Positions 1 through 4,425 of a stretch of 4,425 nt of DNA are shown here, one piece after another. Source of the stretch: a virus (Duplodnaviria > Heunggongvirae > Uroviricota > Caudoviricetes). The stretch is taken from IMG/VR virus record IMGVR_UViG_2648501498_000019; one strand, 5' to 3'. Numbering within the stretch: the stretch's first letter is position 1; each line of letters opens with the position of its first letter. The notes beneath the pieces are model-generated. The model saw only the letters and a list, made by a program, of their open reading frames with translations, was not told where the DNA came from and did not search any database. The position numbers and the translations under genes are program-made.

Positions 1-86
1 AGGCCGCACGAATATAACGGTGGGTTGCCACCAAATGAATCGGAAAACCGATACTGGAAAAACTCTAAAGCGGTGGCCAGTTTTTG

Positions 87-242
87 TTGACCACTACAAA
101 GGGATATCCGAAGCGCGACGATTCCAGCCGCAGAATTGATGTTCCGTATGACGGATATGAAATCAAGACAATCACACATCCGCACTTCGGTGATAAACCG
201 GTAAAGGTGTTCGCGATAAAGGTGAATATCGGCAATGAATAA
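87..242 (+). CDS. Hypothetical small protein (about 51 aa), start uncertain (TTG at 87 or 84; no in-frame ATG)
   Basis: Frame is open from 69 to the TAA at 240-242 and translates to a protein-like sequence (...RIDVPYDGYEIKTITHPHFGDKPVKVFAIKVNIGNE). A hairpin/U-tract follows immediately at 246-273. Same orientation as xis/int. The only start candidates are TTG, with a weak GGTGG 10 nt upstream. Confidence 0.3.
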   Translation: MTTTKGYPKRDDSSRRIDVPYDGYEIKTITHPHFGDKPVKVFAIKVNIGNE

Positions 243-245
243 CAA

Positions 246-273
246 TCCTCGCACTCGCGGGGATTTCTTTTAT
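246..273 (+). terminator. Candidate intrinsic terminator (7-bp stem with one G-U pair, 4-nt loop, U-rich tail)
   Basis: tcctcgc (246-252), loop actc, gcgggga (257-263), then tttcttttat (264-273), lying 4 nt after the stop codon at 240-242. Confidence 0.45.
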
Positions 274-314
274 CTGAACTCGCTACGGCGGATTTTGTTT
301 TATGGAGATGATAA

Positions 315-482
315 ATGCACTTCCGAGTCACAGGTGAATGGAATGGAGAACCATTCAACAGAGTTATCGAAGCAGAGAACATCAATGACTGCTATGACCA
401 CTGGATGATATGGGCGCAGATAGCACATGCAGACGTAACCAATATTCGAATTGAAGAACTGAAAGAACACCAAGCCGCCTGA
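315..482 (+). CDS. Hypothetical 55-aa phage protein (MHFRVTGEWNGEPFNRVIEAENINDCYDHWMIWAQIAHADVTNIRIEELKEHQAA)
   Basis: ATG at 315 is preceded by GGAG (304-307) at 7-nt spacing; TGA at 480-482. Same strand as the downstream genes and packed tightly against the next ORF. It is below the length cutoff of the supplied ORF track. I do not recognise the product. Confidence 0.6.
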   Translation: MHFRVTGEWNGEPFNRVIEAENINDCYDHWMIWAQIAHADVTNIRIEELKEHQAA

Positions 483-510
483 TGGAGGTTTTTTTTATTG
501 GAGACAAGAA

Positions 511-855
511 ATGTCAGATTTGTCTATGAAGGTTTTGAAATGGCAATCGACTGGCGATGTTGGCATCAGTAGCGCAACTCTTGCCTCAATCGCATGTGGC
601 CTGAAAAAGAATATCTATGGTCATCACTTCGGCGCTCCCCATGACGCAGCAGACTTCCGACGATGCGTTGCACTTGTTGAGAAGATTCCAGAAATCAGAG
701 ATTCATTCGACAAGGTTGCAAAGCGCGTTCCGGCATTCAAAGGCATCCTCAACGAATGGGATTCCCTCGTTGCTCTGTTGAAGTCTGAAATGAAGATACA
801 CGGAAACAAAGCACCAGAGACTTACAGGAGAATCAGCGAGTTACGAAAGGACTAA
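511..855 (+). CDS. Hypothetical 114-aa phage accessory protein, function unknown
   Basis: ATG at 511 with GGAG (500-503) 7 nt upstream; TAA at 853-855. In the pL-operon orientation upstream of xis. Neither its length nor its position matches lambda ea8.5 as I recall it (93 aa, gene end about 296 bp from xis). Confidence 0.75.
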   Translation: MSDLSMKVLKWQSTGDVGISSATLASIACGLKKNIYGHHFGAPHDAADFRRCVALVEKIPEIRDSFDKVAKRVPAFKGILNEWDSLVALLKSEMKIHGNKAPETYRRISELRKD

Positions 856-914
856 CCACAGCCTCACACTCGATGAGGCCTGTTCATGGCTCAATGATAT
901 CCAGACCTACCATC

Positions 915-937
915 GCCGCATCAATGCGGCTTTTCTT
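915..937 (+). terminator. Candidate intrinsic terminator between the 114-aa ORF and xis
   Basis: Perfect inverted repeat gccgca (915-920) / tgcggc (925-930) with loop tcaa, followed by ttttctt (931-937). Confidence 0.5.
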
Positions 938-949
938 GCGTGTAATTGC
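936..949 (+). promoter_or_regulatory. CII activator box (TTGC-N6-TTGC) of the pI integrase promoter
   Basis: ttgc gtgtaa ttgc at 936-949, just upstream of the xis ATG (962). In lambda, CII-activated pI starts transcription inside xis so that Int is made without Xis. Confidence 0.75.
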
Positions 950-961
950 GGAGACTTTGCG

Positions 962-1180
962 ATGTACTTGACACTTCAGGAGTGGAATGCACGCCAGCGA
1001 CGCCCAAGAAGCCTTGAAACAGTTCGTCGATGGGTGCGCGAATGCAGGATATTCCCTCCTCCGGTTAAGGATGGAAGAGAGTATCTGTTCCACGAATCAG
1101 CGGTAAAGGTTGACTTAAATCGACCAGTAACAGGTAGCCTTTTGAAGAGGATCAGAAATGGGAAGAAGGCGAAGTCATGA
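962..1180 (+). CDS. xis: Excisionase Xis (72 aa)
   Basis: Translation MYLTLQEWNARQRRPRSLETVRRWVRECRIFPPPVKDGREYLFHESAVKVDLNRPVTGSLLKRIRNGKKAKS matches lambda Xis as I recall it. GGAG 8 nt upstream of the ATG. Overlaps int by 23 bp as in lambda. Confidence 0.95.
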   Translation: MYLTLQEWNARQRRPRSLETVRRWVRECRIFPPPVKDGREYLFHESAVKVDLNRPVTGSLLKRIRNGKKAKS

Positions 1181-2228
1181 GCGCCGGGATTTACCCCCTA
1201 ATCTTTATATAAGAAACAATGGATATTACTGCTACAGGGACCCAAGGACGGGTAAAGAGTTTGGATTAGGCCGAGACAGGAGGATAGCAATCACTGAAGC
1301 AATACAGGCCAACATTGAGTTATTTTCAGGACACAAACACAAGCCTCTGACAGCGAGAATCAACAGTGATAATTCTGTTACGTTACATTCATGGCTTGAT
1401 CGCTACGAAAAAATCCTCGCCAGCAGAGGAATCAAGCAGAAGACTCTCATAAATTACATGAGCAAAATTAAAGCAATAAGGAGGGGTCTGCCTGATGCTC
1501 CACTTGAAGACATCACCACAAAAGAAATTACGGCAATGCTCAGTGGATACATAGACGAGGGCAAGGCGGCGTCAGCCAAGTTAATCAGATCAACACTGAG
1601 CGATGCATTCCGAGAGGCAATAGCTGAAGGCCATATAACAACAAACCCGGTCGCTGCCACTCGCGCAGCAAAATCAGAGGTAAGGAGATCAAGACTTACG
1701 GCTGACGAATACCTGAAAATTTATCAAGCAGCAGAATCATCACCATGTTGGCTAAGACTTGCAATGGAGCTGGCTGTTGTTACCGGGCAGCGAGTTGGTG
1801 ATTTATGCGAAATGAAGTGGTCTGATATCGTAGATGGATATCTTTATGTCGAGCAAAGCAAAACAGGCGTAAAAATTGCCATCCCTACAACATTGCATGT
1901 TGATGCTCTCGGGATATCAATGAAGGAAACACTTGATAAATGCAAAGAGATTCTTGGCGGAGAAACCATAATTGCATCTACTCGTCGTGAACCGCTTTCA
2001 TCCGGCACAGTATCAAGGTATTTTATGCGCGCACGAAAAGCATCAGGTCTTTCCTTCGAAGGGGATCCGCCTACCTTTCACGAGTTGCGCAGTTTGTCTG
2101 CAAGACTCTATGAGAAGCAGATAAGCGATAAGTTTGCTCAACATCTTCTCGGGCATAAGTCGGACACCATGGCATCACAGTATCGTGATGACAGAGGCAG
2201 GGAGTGGGACAAAATTGAAATCAAATAA
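1158..2228 (+). CDS. int: Tyrosine integrase Int (356 aa), lambda type
   Basis: Translation matches lambda Int as I recall it (MGRRRSHERRDLPPNLYIRNNGYYCYRDPRTGKEFGLGRDRR...REWDKIEIK). Catalytic residues sit in the expected contexts (R in GQRVGDL, H-x-x-R in FHELRSLSAR, H...Y in LLGHKSDTMASQY). GAGG 7 nt upstream of the ATG. Confidence 0.97.
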   Translation: MGRRRSHERRDLPPNLYIRNNGYYCYRDPRTGKEFGLGRDRRIAITEAIQANIELFSGHKHKPLTARINSDNSVTLHSWLDRYEKILASRGIKQKTLINYMSKIKAIRRGLPDAPLEDITTKEITAMLSGYIDEGKAASAKLIRSTLSDAFREAIAEGHITTNPVAATRAAKSEVRRSRLTADEYLKIYQAAESSPCWLRLAMELAVVTGQRVGDLCEMKWSDIVDGYLYVEQSKTGVKIAIPTTLHVDALGISMKETLDKCKEILGGETIIASTRREPLSSGTVSRYFMRARKASGLSFEGDPPTFHELRSLSARLYEKQISDKFAQHLLGHKSDTMASQYRDDRGREWDKIEIK

Positions 2229-2320
2229 TGATTTTATTTTGACTGATAGTGACCTGTTCGTTGCAACAAATTGATAAGCAATGCTTTTTTATAAGGCCTA
2301 CTTAGTATAAAAAAGCAGGC
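2225..2320. other. attL (P' arm, common core, bacterial B site)
   Basis: Reverse-complement arm-type Int sites P'3 ataatgattt (2225-2234), P'2 attttgactg (2236-2245) and P'1 atagtgacct (2246-2255). IHF H' region tgcaacaaattgataagca (2262-2280). C' core site ctacttagt (2298-2306). 15-bp common core ttagtataaaaaagc (2302-2316, reverse complement of GCTTTTTTATACTAA). This is followed by ybhC upstream DNA. Confidence 0.9.
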
Positions 2321-2362
2321 TTCAACGGATTCATTTTTCTATTTCATAGCCCGGAGCAACCT

Positions 2363-3646
2363 GTGAACACATTTTCAGTTTCCCGTCTGGCGCTGGCATT
2401 GGCTTTTGGCGTGACGCTGACCGCCTGTAGCTCAACACCGCCCGATCAACGTCCTTCTGATCAAACCGCGCCTGGTACCTCTTCGCGCCCGATTCTGTCG
2501 GCAAAAGAAGCGCAGAATTTCGATGCTCAACACTATTTTGCATCCCTGACACCAGGTGCGGCAGCGTGGAATCCTTCCCCGATTACCCTGCCTGCGCAAC
2601 CTGACTTTGTTGTCGGCCCGGCGGGTACTCAAGGTGTAACGCATACCACGATTCAGGCGGCGGTAGATGCGGCAATTATCAAGCGTACCAACAAGCGCCA
2701 GTATATTGCCGTGATGCCTGGTGAGTATCAGGGAACGGTATATGTCCCTGCCGCTCCGGGTGGAATTACTCTGTACGGTACAGGTGAAAAACCGATTGAT
2801 GTGAAGATTGGGCTTTCCCTTGATGGTGGCATGAGCCCTGCCGACTGGCGTCACGACGTCAACCCGCGCGGCAAATATATGCCAGGTAAACCAGCGTGGT
2901 ATATGTACGATAGCTGCCAGAGCAAACGCAGCGACAGTATCGGTGTTCTCTGCTCTGCGGTCTTCTGGTCACAAAATAATGGCCTGCAACTGCAAAACCT
3001 GACCATCGAAAACACGCTGGGCGATAGCGTAGATGCGGGTAACCATCCGGCGGTGGCACTGCGTACTGATGGCGACAAAGTGCAGATCAATAACGTCAAC
3101 ATTCTCGGTCGTCAGAACACCTTCTTTGTCACCAACAGCGGTGTGCAGAACCGTCTGGAAACGAATCGTCAGCCGCGTACGCTGGTGACCAACAGCTATA
3201 TTGAAGGGGATGTGGATATCGTTTCTGGTCGCGGCGCAGTGGTGTTCGATAACACCGAATTCCGCGTGGTGAACTCCCGTACCCAGCAAGAAGCGTATGT
3301 GTTTGCACCGGCTACGCTGTCCAACATTTACTACGGTTTCCTCGCCGTAAACAGCCGTTTCAATGCTTCCGGTGATGGCGTGGCGCAACTGGGCCGCTCG
3401 CTGGATGTTGATGCCAATACCAACGGTCAGGTAGTGATCCGTGATAGCGCCATCAACGAAGGTTTTAACACAGCCAAACCGTGGGCTGATGCGGTGATCT
3501 CTAATCGTCCGTTTGCGGGTAACACCGGCAGCGTTGATGATAACGACGAAGTACAGCGCAATCTGAATGACACTAACTACAACCGCATGTGGGAATACAA
3601 TAACCGCGGCGTGGGTAGCAAAGTGGTTGCAGAGGCGAAGAAGTAG
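2363..3646 (+). CDS. ybhC: Outer-membrane lipoprotein YbhC, pectinesterase-like (CE8-like) fold, putative esterase/thioesterase
   Basis: GTG start with GGAG 6 nt upstream. Lipoprotein signal peptide with lipobox LTAC (MNTFSVSRLALALAFGVTLTACSS). Pectinesterase-like motifs are present (AVALRTDGD, GDVDIVSGRGAVVFD, QLGRSLD). Position next to attB(lambda) is as expected for ybhC. Confidence 0.93.
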   Translation: MNTFSVSRLALALAFGVTLTACSSTPPDQRPSDQTAPGTSSRPILSAKEAQNFDAQHYFASLTPGAAAWNPSPITLPAQPDFVVGPAGTQGVTHTTIQAAVDAAIIKRTNKRQYIAVMPGEYQGTVYVPAAPGGITLYGTGEKPIDVKIGLSLDGGMSPADWRHDVNPRGKYMPGKPAWYMYDSCQSKRSDSIGVLCSAVFWSQNNGLQLQNLTIENTLGDSVDAGNHPAVALRTDGDKVQINNVNILGRQNTFFVTNSGVQNRLETNRQPRTLVTNSYIEGDVDIVSGRGAVVFDNTEFRVVNSRTQQEAYVFAPATLSNIYYGFLAVNSRFNASGDGVAQLGRSLDVDANTNGQVVIRDSAINEGFNTAKPWADAVISNRPFAGNTGSVDDNDEVQRNLNDTNYNRMWEYNNRGVGSKVVAEAKK

Positions 3647-3662
3647 GAGCTGTTAACTATGT

Positions 3663-4425
<763 letters not shown>

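Larger units (their letters stand above)
1..2316 (+). mobile_element. Lambda-type prophage, int-proximal end (accessory genes, xis, int, P' arm and core of attL); continues beyond the left edge
   Basis: Xis and Int ORFs match lambda Xis/Int as I recall them. The geometry also matches lambda: int 1071 bp, 23-bp xis/int overlap, 74 bp from int stop to the 15-bp core. The P' arm sequence is followed directly by E. coli ybhC upstream DNA. Confidence 0.9.

Noticed and set aside
65-385. 106-aa ORF on the minus strand
   Set aside because: It is antisense to the RBS-supported + strand ORF (315-482) and to the terminator hairpin. It is Cys/Ser-rich with low-complexity composition, begins at TTG, and runs against the direction of the whole xis/int operon. 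Most likely a spurious open frame.
475-496. T8 run after the 55-aa ORF as a terminator
   Set aside because: The preceding stem (ccgcc/ggagg) contains a mismatch and is only 5 bp, and the T-run sits in the RBS spacer region of the next gene. Too weak to call.
624-1660. Minus-strand ORFs 624-809, 884-1093 and 1454-1660
   Set aside because: Each lies entirely antisense within a well-supported + strand gene (the 114-aa ORF, xis, int), with no RBS or independent support.
2294-2299. AGGCCT (StuI) hexamer created by the two attL substitutions, as a possible sign of engineering
   Set aside because: The same hexamer occurs by chance at 876-881. Nothing else here suggests a vector or cloning scar: int is intact and the host junction is native. 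Natural polymorphism is the simpler explanation.
2331-3388. Minus-strand ORFs overlapping ybhC (2331-2552, 2432-2854, 2851-3102, 2859-3059, 2969-3388)
   Set aside because: These are antisense open frames inside the ybhC coding region, with Arg-rich, low-complexity translations typical of the reverse strand of a coding sequence.

Overview
This window is the int-proximal (left, attL) junction of a lambda-type prophage sitting at the canonical E. coli attB(lambda) site next to ybhC, followed by an IS3-family insertion sequence. All identifications are from reading the sequence and recalling known proteins and sites; no database search was run. Reading left to right on the + strand: (1) about 0.9 kb of phage accessory DNA upstream of xis with small ORFs I do not recognise (a possible 51-aa ORF, a 55-aa ORF absent from the ORF track, and a 114-aa ORF), with two hairpin/U-tract terminator candidates; (2) the CII activator box of pI, then xis and int, which I recognise as lambda Xis and Int; (3) attL with the P' arm sites and the 15-bp common core, carrying two substitutions relative to the lambda P'/C' sequence as I remember it; (4) the host lipoprotein gene ybhC (pectinesterase-like, GTG start); (5) a truncated REP half-palindrome directly abutting the end of an IS3-family (IS150-group) element whose transposase OrfB runs off the right edge. 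No rRNA, tRNA or CRISPR array is present. I do not see a convincing multi-gene novel system. The most plausible place for undescribed biology is the unrecognised cargo upstream of xis, and I cannot assign it a function from sequence alone.
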